The notes beneath the pieces are model-generated. The model saw only the letters and a list, made by a program, of their open reading frames with translations. It did not search any database and was not told the origin of the DNA. DNA of 64,000 nt from NCBI GenBank assembly GCA_035084275.1, contig CM068758.1, positions 10,664,001 to 10,728,000 of the forward strand. Direction: 5' to 3'. Source of the stretch: Hydrolagus colliei (Eukaryota). Below, piece after piece: positions 26,272 to 39,223 of this stretch. The first letter of the stretch is position 1. Every line of letters starts with the position of its first letter. A program made the position numbers and the translations under genes.

Positions 26272-27714
26272 CAACAACAACAACAAATTACATTTATATA
26301 GCGCCTTTCACGTCGGGAGGACGTCCCAAGGCGCTGCACAGGAGGCGTATGACCCGAGCTGGGAGGGGAATGTTTGGGAAGGGGTGAGACACGAAGGGGG
26401 GGTTGAAAAATTTGGGGTGGAACAAAAGGCACGGTCGAAGAGGAAAGTCTTCAAACCGGCCTTGAAAGAGGAAAGGGAAGAAACGAGACGGAGGGATTGG
26501 GGGATGGTATTCCATAGGGTGGGAGCGGAGAAACTGAAGGCCCGGCCTCCGATGGTGGGGCGGTTCGGGCGGGGGGCTTGGAGCAGGCCAAGTCTGGTTG
26601 AACAGAGGGTCCGGGTGGGCGTGTAGGGGGAAAGTAGATTGGTTAAATAGGGCGGGGCAAGGCCGTGTAAGGCCTTGAAGGTGAGGACGAGGATCTTGAA
26701 CTCGATCCTCTGGAGAATGGGGAGCCAATGGAGACGGGCTAGGGTGGGGGTTATCTGGTCACAGAGGCGGGTGCGGGATAATACACAGGCTGCAGAGTTT
26801 TGGATGACCTGCAGCCTGTGAATGGAGGAACTGGGGAGGCTGACGAGGAGAGAGTTACCGTAGTCCAGCCTCGAGGTGATGTATGCGTGCACGAGTGTTT
26901 CGGCAGCGCGGGGGGTAAGATAGTTGCGAAGCCTGGCAATGTTGCGCAGGTGGAAATAAGCGGTGCCGGTCAAGGCACGGATGTGGGGGAGGAAGGAAAG
27001 TTTTTGATCGAACATGATGCCAAGGTTCCTGACTGGCTTTGTGAGGTGGAGTGCAGCCTTGGATGTTGAGGCTGGCAGCACCCGATGTGCGGAGGCGCTG
27101 GCTTGAGCCGATCAGGAGGGCCTCGGTCTTACTCACGTTCAATTGCAGGAAGTTGTCCCTCGTCCAGGACTCGATGTTGGACAGACATGCTGTCAGAACA
27201 TCGATGGTCTGGGGGTTGAGGGATGAGGCAGAAAGATACAGCTGGGTGTTGTCCGCATACATGTGGAAATTTACCCCATGTTTGCGGATGACATCGCCCA
27301 GAGGGAGCGTGTAAAGGGTGAAAAGGAGGGGGCCGAGGACAGAGCCCTGAGGGACGCCGTGAGAAACTGTGCGGGGATTTGATGAAAAACCGTTGGAAGA
27401 AACAAAGTGTAAACGGTGGGTCAGGTAGGAATGGAACCAGTCAAGGACTGTGCCTTGATGGTTGAGGTGGGAGGAAAGACGTTGGAGGAGGATGGTGTGA
27501 TCGACTGTGTCGAACGCAGCAGACAGGTCAAGGAGGACGAGGAGGCAGAGGGAGCCCTGGTCACAGGCGGTTAGGATGTCATTTGTAACCTTAACCAGGG
27601 CAGTTTCTGTGCTGTGAATTGGGCGGAAACCTGATTGGAGGGGTTCAAGAAGTGAGTGAGTTGAAAGGAAAGAGCGGAGCTGGGAGGCAACCACTCTTTC
27701 AAGGACCTTGGATA
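26272..27714 (-). mobile_element. L2-clade LINE, 5'-truncated (RT domain to 3' tail)
   Basis: ORFs contain [61 protein letters not shown] and FSAPTLWN; (ttg)n tail; at least one frameshift. Confidence 0.95.
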
Positions 27715-27973
27715 AAGGCAGTACTTCAGTATGTCAGGTTAGAAAACCCTTTGCTCATATTGATTAGGTTGGTAAATGTCAGGAATTCTCATTGTATGGC
27801 TGACCAACACTGAATTCGCTTACACATTCATTGTATTGTTTTTATATTTGTAGCAGGAAAACATATTTACAGTTTTGATACGGTATAAGTAGAATCATCA
27901 ATAAAAATTAATTGGAAGGAATATTCTCTGGCAACTTTTGGCGTATGACAACCCACCCATGCCTCATCAATCA

Positions 27974-28272
27974 GTAATCATAATCCTTACATTTGATATA
28001 GTGCTTTACATGTCTTCTAGACATCTCAAAGCGCTTCACAGAATATACTCTAAAGTTAATTGACTGTATATTTGTGGAAGCGAAACGCGGCAGCCAATTT
28101 CGCAGTGTCCCACAAACTATCGTGGATTGAAGTGACCAATTTTTTTCTTTTTTTTCTTGAAGGATTATTATCAGGTATGTGGAGTAAGGAAACTTGCCCA
28201 ATGTACAGACTTGCCTGGAATCGAACCCAGGTCTCCTGCTTGTGAGGTGAATGCTCTAACCTCTGAGCTACA
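27974..28272 (-). mobile_element. tRNA-derived SINE, near full length
   Basis: On the - strand: tgtagctcagaggttagagc..gggttcgattcc..core..tail. Confidence 0.87.
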
Positions 28273-29356
28273 GAATAGATGGTAATCGTTTTGTTTTGGT
28301 CAGACGGGTGTCTCACATATGTGTAGACTCAATACCATGAATAAGAGTTTCCAGTCTTGCGGTTTCCACATCTGTATGCTTCTTCCACATGTACAAGATT
28401 GGGTACGTTTCCCAGAATTATTATGCAAATGGCTGCCACATTTTACCCACAAAATATATAGTCAGTTCACTTTGTAGTATATTCTGTGAAGTGCTTTTTG
28501 AGACGTCTAGAAGATGTGAAAAGCGCTATATCAAATGCAAGGAGTATTATTATATTAATATTATTATTATAATAAATACTGCAGTGCTATACCTCAATGG
28601 AATAGACATTGGACTTTTTTTTGACATGTGATAGTAAATGAATTATTATCTCCCTATTTGCTGTAGAACTGTGGCTTGAAAAATATTCAGTTCATGACAA
28701 AACAATCGTCTGTAGAGTTGGACATAATCTTGTGCCACAATCACTGTAATGCTGTCTGTTCTGATCAGTGTAAATGTATCATTTTATTCAGGAAATAAGA
28801 CGAGAAATGTTGTTTCCATCTTAAAATAGATGTTAGAACAAATTGTTTTGCTCTTAATTAATGCAGTGAATTGTTTTGTGTTGAGTATAAAATGCCAGAA
28901 AGGCACAGCATTCCTATTTTTATTTGCTTTAATGTGGAACATTTAACACAATACTCTTTCAGTGTGAAAACTCCCAGAAATTAGACCAGATGGAAACCTG
29001 ATCAGACACATGCCAGATTATGAGTAGTCATGAATCCTGTTAACACAGTAATTGCTTTACTAAATCCTGAGATAAAATAACTTTACCCCAGGGCATTGTT
29101 ACATTTTACTGAGGTTCTCTTAATCTCACTTTGGGTAAACTGAGTGTTTGAGCTCTACATTCTGCATGTTTAACTGAAGATTTACCAGTCAGAATTTCTT
29201 TTTTAACTGGATGAGACAGTTTGGCTTAGTTTTAAAAGAAAATCTAAAGACAAACATGTACAACTGTTCGCTTCTGTCATAGAACCTTTCACTTTGCATC
29301 ATGTTTCAGAGCACCTAAAATGAAAGTTAGTTATTGCATAGTTTCCTTGTTAAATA

Positions 29357-30266
29357 CAGGTAAGCCTTGATTTACGACGCTTCTATTTAGGACATTTCAA
29401 TTGAAGGACCATAATTTTTTAACACCTTTTGATCGATATACGACACTTGAATTCGTTTTATGGACCAAAACATTTTTTTGCGCATGCGCAGTACATATTT
29501 TGAATATCACGGTTGCATTCTGCGTGTCCTTTTTGTCCATACGCACACTTCATAGTATATTCGCGGGTAAAGCATTTGAACTGGCCAATAGTATGTCACC
29601 ACGTCATTGTTTAAAAGCCAGCTGATTTTGAAACGACACCACACCAAGTCAGTATTACATTAATTTCCAAACAATTCTGAGCGATTGACAGCCTCTACTG
29701 CCCCTTTACCAAGTCGGGGAATAGACAGCAGTAAGTGAAATGAGCAGCGGTAATACCACTAGCAGCCAGAAACCCCGCAAAGTCATCACTTTAAATACCA
29801 AATTGAAGGTGATTAAGCGCATCGATTCTGGTGAAAAAGTTACGGACGTTGGAAGGCTTTAGGGCTAGCTAGATCGACGGTGGCTACTATAAAAACAGAA
29901 TAAGTACAATATACTGGCAAGTTCAAGGTGTGTTACAGCTACAGGTGCAAGCAGATTAGAAAAACAGGAATTATGTGATGGAAAACATGGAAAGAATGCT
30001 GAGTGTCTGGATCGAGGATCAGAACCAGCATAATTTACCATACAGTTACCCCAATTACCCCTTCTTGCCTATGTGTGTTCATTTGTGTGTTACATTGTGT
30101 GGTTTTGCGTGTTATTTAGTGGGTTTAAGGTCCGAAAATTTTATGAAAAGAACGCATCTCTGGTTATATAATGGGATTGCATGGGAAATCGCGTTTCGAT
30201 TTAGGACGTTTCGATCTAGATACAGTTTTCAGGAACGCAATCCCGTCGTAAATCGAGGTTTACCTG
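29357..30266 (+). mobile_element. Tigger/pogo-family DNA transposon, internally deleted (910 bp)
   Basis: TA flanks on both sides; 23-bp TIRs CAGGTAAGCCTTGATTTACGACG / CAGGTAAACCTCGATTTACGACG. Transposase N-terminal relics: KPRKVITLNTKLKVIKRIDSGEKVTDVGR (psq-type HTH) and MENMERMLSVWIEDQNQ (CENP-B-type HTH). Confidence 0.92.
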
Positions 30267-30267
30267 T

Positions 30268-30462
30268 AATCATAATAATAATACTGTACTTGCATTTGAT
30301 ATAGCACTTTTCAAGTCTTCTAGACGTCTTAAAGCGCTTCACAGAATACACTGAGGAATTATGTTTAGGTGTGTGGAGTAAGAAAACGTGCCCAAGGTTT
30401 TGCCCTGCCTAGAATTGAACTCACATCTCTCGCTTGTAAAGCGAGTGCATAACCATCGAGTC
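30268..30462 (-). mobile_element. SINE with the Deu-like core deleted, abutting the Tigger right end
   Basis: The tail joins directly to gtgtggagtaagaaaacgtgcccaagg and the tRNA head. Confidence 0.75.
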
Positions 30463-33400
30463 TCAATGCGCTAACAGAATAGACCAGATTTCAGGACCAG
30501 AAGTGGTTGTTTTACCTGGGTTTTATTGTTGTACTTTGCCTTCAGTATATTCCAAATACAAGTCCTGATATTTCTTCTTGTTCTCTGTGGGCATTGCAAA
30601 GCTGTGATGGTGCACCTTATCTGATGTCAGCTGATTCAACACAAGAGATTGAACCTGGTACCCTACTGGTTAGATGATTCACTTCCACACAGGGAGGGTT
30701 GGGAGTGGGAGTTTTACACCTGTTCACAAGCTTAAAAGACAACCTTAATACTGTAATAATAATCCTTGCATTTGATATAGCGCTTTTCACATCTTATCAA
30801 TGTCTCAAAGCACTTCACAGAATATACTGCAAATTGACTGCATATTTGTGGGCGAAACGCAGCAGCCAATTATGCACAGCAGTGTCCACAAACAGTCGTA
30901 GATTGAAAATGACCAATTTTTTATTATAGGTTTTTTTTGGACTTGCATTTATATTTCGCCTTCCATGTAAAAATACACGTTTCAAAGTGCTTTGCAACTT
31001 TAAATTGGAAATGCAGGCAATGTTATGAGGCAAACCTAGCCAATTGCATTGAGTTCAGGATCCATGGCAGAGAATTCACAAACTACATATGAAGTAACGT
31101 ATGATGATTGAGGGTAATGAATACATAAATTGGTATACTCTGAGAGGAAGTTACTGAGCAAATGAAATAACATGGAAAAATGGTTGAATTTGCCTTTAGT
31201 TGGCCAATTCATACTGTGCTGAAATCCCGTTAAAACTCACTTCATTATAGCGCTGATAGCTGTTAATTTTTGCGCGCAATGTATTTTTAGTGCAGAAAAT
31301 GCGCATGCAGTTTGAAACTGACCACCAAGGCCTCATTATAAGGCAGCTTGTGGTTTTATAGGACCTCCTCCTTCCAAGCACCGCCTTCGAATGAGGCTCC
31401 AATTCGTTGGGAAATAAGGGATTTAAAGTCCTAAAGATGAACATTATTTCTTCATCATATATTTCAGAAGCTCCACAGTTCCGATTTCACCTCTTGGTTT
31501 TATTTGCAACTGTGCTGCTCGCATTAACAGCCCAACAATTCCCGAGTTAAATCCTTCATTCATTTCAACTATTTCATGGTTTGCGGTACATTGCTGGACA
31601 CACATTGGCTGCTGTAGGTGCCTGCCAGATGCAGTCACTGCCATCTTACAGTAAAATCCCCCAACGTCCTCGCAACATAAGAAGTGCTGTCTCATCATCT
31701 TTATTATGCGTAGTATATATCAAAGGCAAAGATTATTATTAGCAAGCACAGCTTTTCTTTCTTCCAATATCAGTTAATATAATTTTCCATACATTACAAA
31801 AGCTTCCAAAGAGGTTGAGAACTGTACCACACACTGGATCACAAAACTGTATCACACACAATATGTTCTTGGAACAACCTGGGAGACTGCAGTCCTGCTA
31901 TTTTTGTCTTTTGGCATAGGATTATTCCAGCAATGCTGCACAGATTTGGCTTTTTGACGTATGCTGGATGCACTGTATGCAAGCAATGACTAACATGAAG
32001 GTTAGCAATCCAGGCCAGTGCTGCTGTATAGAAGGTGGTGTGGTATTGTAATGGAGAGCCTGACTGCACCAATCACACAGATCTCTCCCATCCCTTCACT
32101 ACTGGACTGTAATCTGATTTATGGTGTGATTATGATACCTTAATATATTTGGTTGTCACTTTTTGTATAATTTGTATGCCACTCCTGGTGCAATTTATAA
32201 CACAGTTGATTTGCCTTAATTGCAGGCTGATTATTGTTAATGTGGAGCAGTAAGACTAAAGCTAGCATTAGTCTTCCCTCATTACATTGTACGATGGCTA
32301 GAGCTGCTGTCAAAATCTCAAACCCTAGTGCTTTGGTGACCGTGTATTCCTGTATAAATAAATTCTCTAAAATAATTCTGTTCATAAAAAGGATGGAAAA
32401 ATGTCCAAATATGGAATTGTTCCCCAGTATGGACCTGAGGAAACGTTGCCAGAAAATCCAAGAGTGCTTTAACTTCAGGCAAAGCTTTTTTTTAAAAAAA
32501 ACTAGCATTTCTGTTTGGCACACTACGTGAGATTGACTAAGCGTTCTGTTTAATTTCACAGTTTTGATGATATAAGACTTGGACCAGGGCTTTTAACTGA
32601 TACAGATGCTTTTGATTAGGTCGAGTGGAGTCCAATCGAAGTTCTGCGTACTTTGGGCTTGGCTAAATTCAGATTATTACTTTGAAAAGATTGCAAATTT
32701 TCTGCCCATTCTGGCTGGGAAATGGCTTTTGTCTGCAAACACTCAGAATCATATGCATGAATAATCCTATGGGGTTTGTACTTCAGTCAAACAAAAAAAA
32801 ATGTACTGGCAAAGTGACATGTGATTGGGAGCTTTTGTCGTTTTGAGATGAGCTGCACGAAGATCATCTTTCATGTTCAGCGCAGTATAAATAGGGTGCG
32901 GGAAAATCGTTCACTTGAAACAGTACAGTTGTACAGCGCTTACAAAGTGGCTGAGTGATATGCAGAAGGCAAACATCTCTTCCAGACTTGCAAGTTTCTT
33001 TGAAGTAGCTGACAGAAAGACTCAGTAGAAATGCCGTGTTCTGCATTTGCCTCCTTAACTGCCACTAAAAGGTTCTTTTTTTTGCTTTACTAGCAGCCCG
33101 CTCCAGTCCTATGTAATAACTTCTCAATTATCATTCGAGTTAGATGATTTTCTCACCATGTCCCGCCCATGAAGGCAATTAATCACCACCTCGATGTCTC
33201 CCAATATTGCTGTGAGGTGCTGTAGAGTTTTTTGTTTCCCATCACCCCCTCGAGTCATTAACTTTTACTCTGGTCAAAAGTATTGGCACTCTCTCTCTCA
33301 ACTTCCCAGCCCATTCCTCGTCTTTTCCATCTGTGTATAAATGTAATATAGACATTCCTGTAAACAACATCACTGGAGCAGTTCCAAATACAGGTAGAGA

Positions 33401-33484
33401 CCTGAATAGGGTTTGACTGAATTGAAAAAAAATTGTTCTTCAATCATGCAGAATGGTGAATACTTCATAATGGAAACACCCCTG

Positions 33485-35191
33485 TCGACTTCTTATTGTG
33501 GAGGCAGAGGTCTTGGCTGATGTACCGAATGAGTTATTTGCCTCTGTCTTCACAAGAGAAGAAGATGCAGCCATTGTCACAGTATTGGAGGAGAGGGTAG
33601 TAGAAATGGATAAGATAAGCATAACCAGAGAGGAAGTACTAAAAAAGTTGACGGCGCTCAAGATAGATAAGTCTCCCGGTCCAGATGGAATGCATCCTAG
33701 GTTACAAAGGGAAGTACAGGAGCAAATAACAGAGACTCTGGCCACAATCTTTCAATCTTCCTTGGACATCAGAGGACTGGATGGTTGCTGATGTTACTCC
33801 CCTGTACAAAAAGGGGCAGAAGGACAAGCCTGGGAACTACAGACCAGTCAGTAGTGGGCAAACTTCTAGAGTTTATAATCAGGGACAAGATAGATCTTCA
33901 CTTAGAAAAATATAGGCTGATAAAGGATAGCCAGCATTGATTTGTTAAAGGCAAATCTTGCCTTACACAAGTGATAGAATTTTTCAACGATGTAACAGAA
34001 TGGGTGGACAAAGGCAGCGCAGTTGATGTAGTTTACATGGACTTTCAAAACGCATTTGACAAAGTGCTGCATGAGAGGCTTATTAGGAAAATAGAGGCCC
34101 ACGGGTTTAAAGGGACAGTGGTAGCGTGGATCCACAACTGGCAGCAAGACAGAAAGCAGAGAGTTGTGGTGAATGGCTGCTTTTCAGACTGGAGGGAAGT
34201 GTGCAGTGGTGTCCCCTAGGGCACCACTGCACACTTTTTAATATATATTAATGATTTGGGTTTGGGGAGTACGGTTTCCAAATTTGCAGATGATACTAAG
34301 TTAGGGAGAATAGTAAATAGTGAGGAGGATAGTAGCCATCTGCAAGAGGATATAGATAAAATGGTAAAGTGGGCAGACACATGGCAGATTAAGTTTAATA
34401 CAGAGAAGTGTAAGGTGATACACTTTGGGAGAAGAAATGAGGGGAGGCAATATAGGCTAGATAGTACAATTTTAAAGGGTGTGAAGGAACAGGGGGACCT
34501 GGGGATTTGTGTTAGTGACTCTTTGAAAGTGGCAGGACAAGTAGACAAAGCCGTTAAGAAGGCATATGGGACACTAGGCTTTATAAATAGGGATATAAAA
34601 TACAAAAGTCAGGAAGTGCTGATTAACCTCTACAAGACTTTAGTTAGGCCTCAGCTGGAGTACTGTGTACAATTGTTTAGGAAAGATATTAAGGCATTGG
34701 AAAGGGTGCAGAGAAGATTTACTAGGATGGTACCAGGAATGAGGGACTTCAGCTATGAGGAAAGGCTAGATAGGCTAGGCTTATTCTCTCTAGAACAAAG
34801 AAGATTGAGAGGAGACCTAATAGAGGTTTATAAGGTTATGAGAGGTTTCGACAGAGTGAATAGGGAAAGACTGTTTCCACTGGTGGGCAAATCAGTGACT
34901 CGTGGTCACAGTTTTAAAATAGTTTCAAAGCAAAGCAGGGAGGAGCTGAGGAGAAATGTTTTCACTCAGCGGGTTGTTCGAATCTGGAATGCATTGCCTG
35001 AAAAGGTGGTGGAGGCAGATTCCATAACAGCTTTTAAAAGGGAACTAAATCTTTATTTAGGAAAAGCAGGTCTGTTAGGTTATGGGGAGAAAGCTGGGCA
35101 GTGAGATTGAGTTGCTCTGTTCAAAGAGCCGGCACAAATTAGATGGGCCGAATGGCCTCCTTTTGTGCCGTATAACTCTATGATTCTATGA
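33485..35191 (+). mobile_element. CR1-clade LINE, 5'-truncated, with stops/frameshifts
   Basis: FASVFT, KSPGPDGMHPR, VYMDFQNAFDKV, SKFADDTKL, RPQLEYCVQ, RGHSFK..FTQRVVRIWN; 3' end gatgggccgaatggcctcc...(attctatg)n. Confidence 0.95.
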
Positions 35192-36086
35192 CTTTCCTTT
35201 CCTTTAATGACTTTTCAGGTTGTTTGAAATAAATAGAAAACAGGTTTGGGGACAGGGAGAGCAATCATGAATTTTAATCCTTTACATTTGCAAAACCACT
35301 AGAGTAACCAGGTTACAGGTATGTGGGTACAAACATGGTTGGCTTCCAGGACTTAAAGGACATTTTGAAGAAAAAAAATTACATAACAAATGGGGGCAAA
35401 TCTAATTAATTATTTTTAAATCACTGGGATGAGAAGTTGACCTTCAATGTATAGTTTCCAGAACTACACTCAGACCCACCAACTGTTTTGACAGGAACTC
35501 TAGGTTTGATGACAAAGTAATTAAACAGGTTTACAGAAAATCAAATAGCAGCCTTTTAATCTTAGTTCTATAATTCTGGGAAATTCCCTCTGGATTTGTG
35601 TTACATCTGGGGAGAGAAAAAGCTGTTCATGGCAAAACGTGACTCGTCCCAGCTCCTCATACTGCTCTTCGGGAGATTGAGCTGGGACAAACATGTCACC
35701 TCTAAGTGTCCAAATTGCTGAAAGAAAAACATTGCTGCTGGATTGTTCATCAAAGAGAGTTGAACAATGAGAGTCAGTAATTTCACTCTTTTTTTTACTG
35801 GCACCAGTAGTTTCATACCATCACTATTAAGGGTGACGTTCACTTGAATAGAATTCCTCTACTTTAGGTAGTCAACCAAAGTGTCTTAGATTTTTTTCAT
35901 TGTTAAATGTACATCCCTCAAATGGCAAGGGGGGATAAATTGGAGTAAAGTAGTCAGCCTCTCTTTTTTGTATTCAATGCAAATGCAAAAAAGTTGGGTT
36001 TAGTCAGAAAGACTTGAGCACCATTTGAAACCGGGATGCGCTGTGCTCCCCTTACCAATGAAAAATTAACATTTTGCTTTCTTGGA

Positions 36087-36144
36087 TAATAATAATCCTT
36101 GCATTTGATATAGCGCTTATCACGTCTTTCAAGACGTCTCAAAG
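36087..36144 (-). mobile_element. SINE tail; the rest of this SINE resumes at ~37833-37952 after the L2 insertion
   Basis: ...agacgtctcaaagc [L2] agcatttcacagaaatacactg..gcggcagccaattgcgcacag.. reconstitutes one SINE 3' half. Confidence 0.75.
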
Positions 36145-37809
36145 CAACAACAACAACAATTTACATTTATAGAGCGCCTTTCACGTCGGGAGGACGTCCC
36201 AAGGCGCTGAACAGGAGGCGTGTGACCCGAGCTGGGAGGGGAGTGTTTGGGAAGGGGTGGAACACGAAAGGGAGGTAAAAGAGTTCGGGGTGGAACAAAA
36301 GGCACGATCGAAGAGGAAAGTCTTCAAACCGGCCTTGAAAGAGGAAAGGGAAGAGACAAAACGGAGGGATTGAGGGATGGCATTCCATAAAGTGGGAGCG
36401 GAGAAACTGAAGGCCTGGCCTCCGATGGTGGGGCGGTTCGGGCGGGGGGCTTGTAGTAGGCCAAGTCCTGTTGAACGGAGGGTCCGGGTGGGCGTGTAGG
36501 GGGAGAGTAGATCGGCTAGGTAGGATGGGGCAAGCCCGTGTAAGGCCTTGTAGGTGAGGACGAGGATCTTAAACTCGATCCTCTGGAGGATGGGGAGCCA
36601 GTGGAGACGGGCGAGGGTGGGGGTTATGTGGTTGCGGAGGCGGGTGCGGGATAGTACATGGGCTGCAGAGTTTTGGATGGCCTGCAGCCTATGAATGGAG
36701 GAATTGGGGAGGCCGACTAGGAGAGAATTTCCGTAGTCCAGCCGTGAGGCGATGTATGCATGCACAAGTGTTTCGGCAGCGCGGGGGTTAAGATAATTAC
36801 GGAGCCTGGCAATGTTGCGCAGATGGAAATAGGCGGTGCCGGTCAAGGCGCGGATGTGGGGGAGGAAGGAAAGTTTTTGATCGAACATGATGCCGAGGTT
36901 CCTGATTGGCTTTGTGAGGTGGAGAGTGCAACCTTGGATATTGAGGCTGGCAGCGCCCGATGTGCGGAGGCGCTGGCTTGAGCCAATCAGGAGGGCCTCG
37001 GTCTTATTCACGTTCAATTGCAAAAAGTTGTCCCTCGTCCACGACTCGATGTCGGACAGACATGCTGTCAGAACATCGATCGTCTGGGGGTTGAGGGATG
37101 AGGCAGAAAGGTACAGCTAGGTGTCATCCGCATACATGTGGAAATTTACCCCATGTCTGCGGATGACGTCGCCCAGAGGGAGCGTGTAAAGGGTGAAAAG
37201 GAGGGGGCCGAGGACAGAGCCCTGAGGTACGCCGTGGGAAACTGTGCGGGGGTTTGAAGAAAAACCATTGGAAGAAACAAAATGTAAACGGTGGGTCAAA
37301 TAAGAATGGAACCAGTCAAGGACTGTGCCTTGAAGGTTGAGGTGGGAGGAAAGACGTAGAAGGAGGATGGTGTGATCGACTGTGTCGAACGCAGCAGACA
37401 GGTCAAGGAGGACGAGGAGGCAGAAGGAGCCCTGGTCACAGGCGGTTAGGATGTCATTTGTGACCTTAACCAGGGCAGTTTCTGTGCTGTGGAGAGGGCG
37501 GAAACCTGATTGGAGGGGTTCAAGAAGTGAGTGATTTGAAAGGAAAGAGCGGAGCTGGGAGGCAACCACTCTTTCAAGGACCTTGGATAGAAACGGGAGG
37601 TTGGAGATGGGTCGATAACTTGATGGTTGCGACGCATCAAGGGAGGGTTTCTTCAGGATAGGGGTGATGGTGGCTGTTTTAAGGGAGGTAGGGACGGTTC
37701 CTGAGGAGAGGGAAAGGTTAATGGTGTCAGAAATGAGCGGGGCTAACAAATGGAGCTGGGTGAGGAGGAGGGGGGTGGGGATGGGGTCCAATGAGCACGT
37801 GGTGGGTTT
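36145..37809 (-). mobile_element. L2-clade LINE, 5'-truncated, close relative of 26272-27714
   Basis: [50 protein letters not shown] (stop), then in-frame continuation to FLFDRAF; (ttg)n tail. Confidence 0.95.
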
Positions 37810-39063
37810 CAACAACAAAATTATATTTGTGCAGCATTTCACAGAAATACACTGTGTATTTTGTAGGCGAAATGCGGCAGCCAATTGCGCACAGAGGTAT
37901 CTCACACACAGCCGTGGACTGAGTGACCAATATCTTTTGAAGGATTTATTATCTACCGAAAATTCTGTTTTTTCTGCGGATCTTCTTTACATTGACATAA
38001 TTGCTCAGCAGTCTGACTCAATGAATTGGTCATTTAATGGTGGTTGGAGTTCTTATATCCTTCTGCACATCACTTATTATGTTGTAGTATTTAATTAAAC
38101 AATACTATTCAAATATTTAAGCACCCTTAAGTACGTACAATATGACCAAAACCCAATGCATACATGTATATGTCAAGACAGTTTTATGTAGAGTATAACC
38201 ATGGTAATGTGAATGGGATCAGAGTAAAGGCTCCCTTCCTACTAGGAGAAATATAATGCAAAATATCTGTCACTGTTTTAGTTCAACATCTGCAGATTCA
38301 TTTTTTTTAAAACAGGATGATAAGAATACAAATATTTATTATAATGTATACTGTTTGTAGAATCCATTCGGTGAGTAAGAACAATTGATGATTTCCAGCC
38401 CAGATACATTACTTCTTTGGAAATGTTATCTGTGGAGTAAAACAATTAATAGTTATTTTCAGTAGCCATGTACATTATTTAAAGGTGTGGGTTTATTACA
38501 TTCACTAAAGGAGTATTGGACTTGTTAAAATTCAGCCGAGCCACCCACATTATTATTGCTTGCTGTTATCATCGACATTTTACTATAATCCACTGAAATC
38601 CATAAGAACTCTCCTGAGACTCTACTGGTGGTTCCAATATGTTGCTGTTAGTAGTGTGGTAGTATGGATTGATGTAACAAAATAAAAACTTTTAAATCAT
38701 AGTACTTTGCTCTCTCAATGCCCTGGTGGGTAATTGCCATTGCAGTACTTGACCATACAGATCTGAAAGCGAAACGTGGTCCATTCAGTTATCTCATCTG
38801 AGCCAATACAGCCAAATTATATATCGGCTCGGAATTGAGTAACAGTCACTTGATTTAGGTACTGACGGATGATTGGTGCCAATACAATACAGTACAATTC
38901 ATATTTATTTAGTGTATTGGGAGGATGCCTCAAAGCATTTAACGTTGCTGGCTGGAATCTGGCAACAGAGAGCCAAAAATGTAGAGTATAACCATGGGAG
39001 AGAAGGTAGAAAGTTTGAACACAGATCCAGTAACGTTTACGTTTTGTCCATCTTGTCTTTCAG

Positions 39064-39223
39064 ATGATATCCCACCATACTTTAAGACCGAACCAGGGCC
39101 ACCACAGGTCCATTTAGAGGGGAATCGTCTGGTGTTGACCTGTCTTGCCGAGGGAAGTTGGCCACTCGAGTTTAAATGGTTGCGGAACGAAACTGACATC
39201 ACAGCATTCTCCAATGAATACAA
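39064..39223 (+). CDS. SDK1: Sidekick-1 internal coding exon (probable exon 2, Ig-like domain 1)
   Basis: Acceptor tcttgtctttcag| at 39063, donor |gtaagg at 39224; 160 nt. Translates (D)[52 protein letters not shown](K), matching the Sidekick N-terminal Ig domain. EPGxPQ, CLAEG and EYKY residues favour SDK1 over SDK2 (recalled orthologue sequences). Confidence 0.95.

Noticed and set aside
33485-37905. Reverse-transcriptase ORFs as active elements or a retron/DGR-like system
   Set aside because: Ordinary CR1 and L2 ORF2 fragments: 5'-truncated, lacking the endonuclease domain and ORF1, and carrying stops or frameshifts.
38994-39063. ATG-initiated N-terminal extension (MGEKVESL...) of the exon 2 ORF, and the C-terminal extension of ORF 39861-40115
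   Set aside because: Intronic read-through beyond clear splice sites; no Sidekick similarity and no signal peptide.
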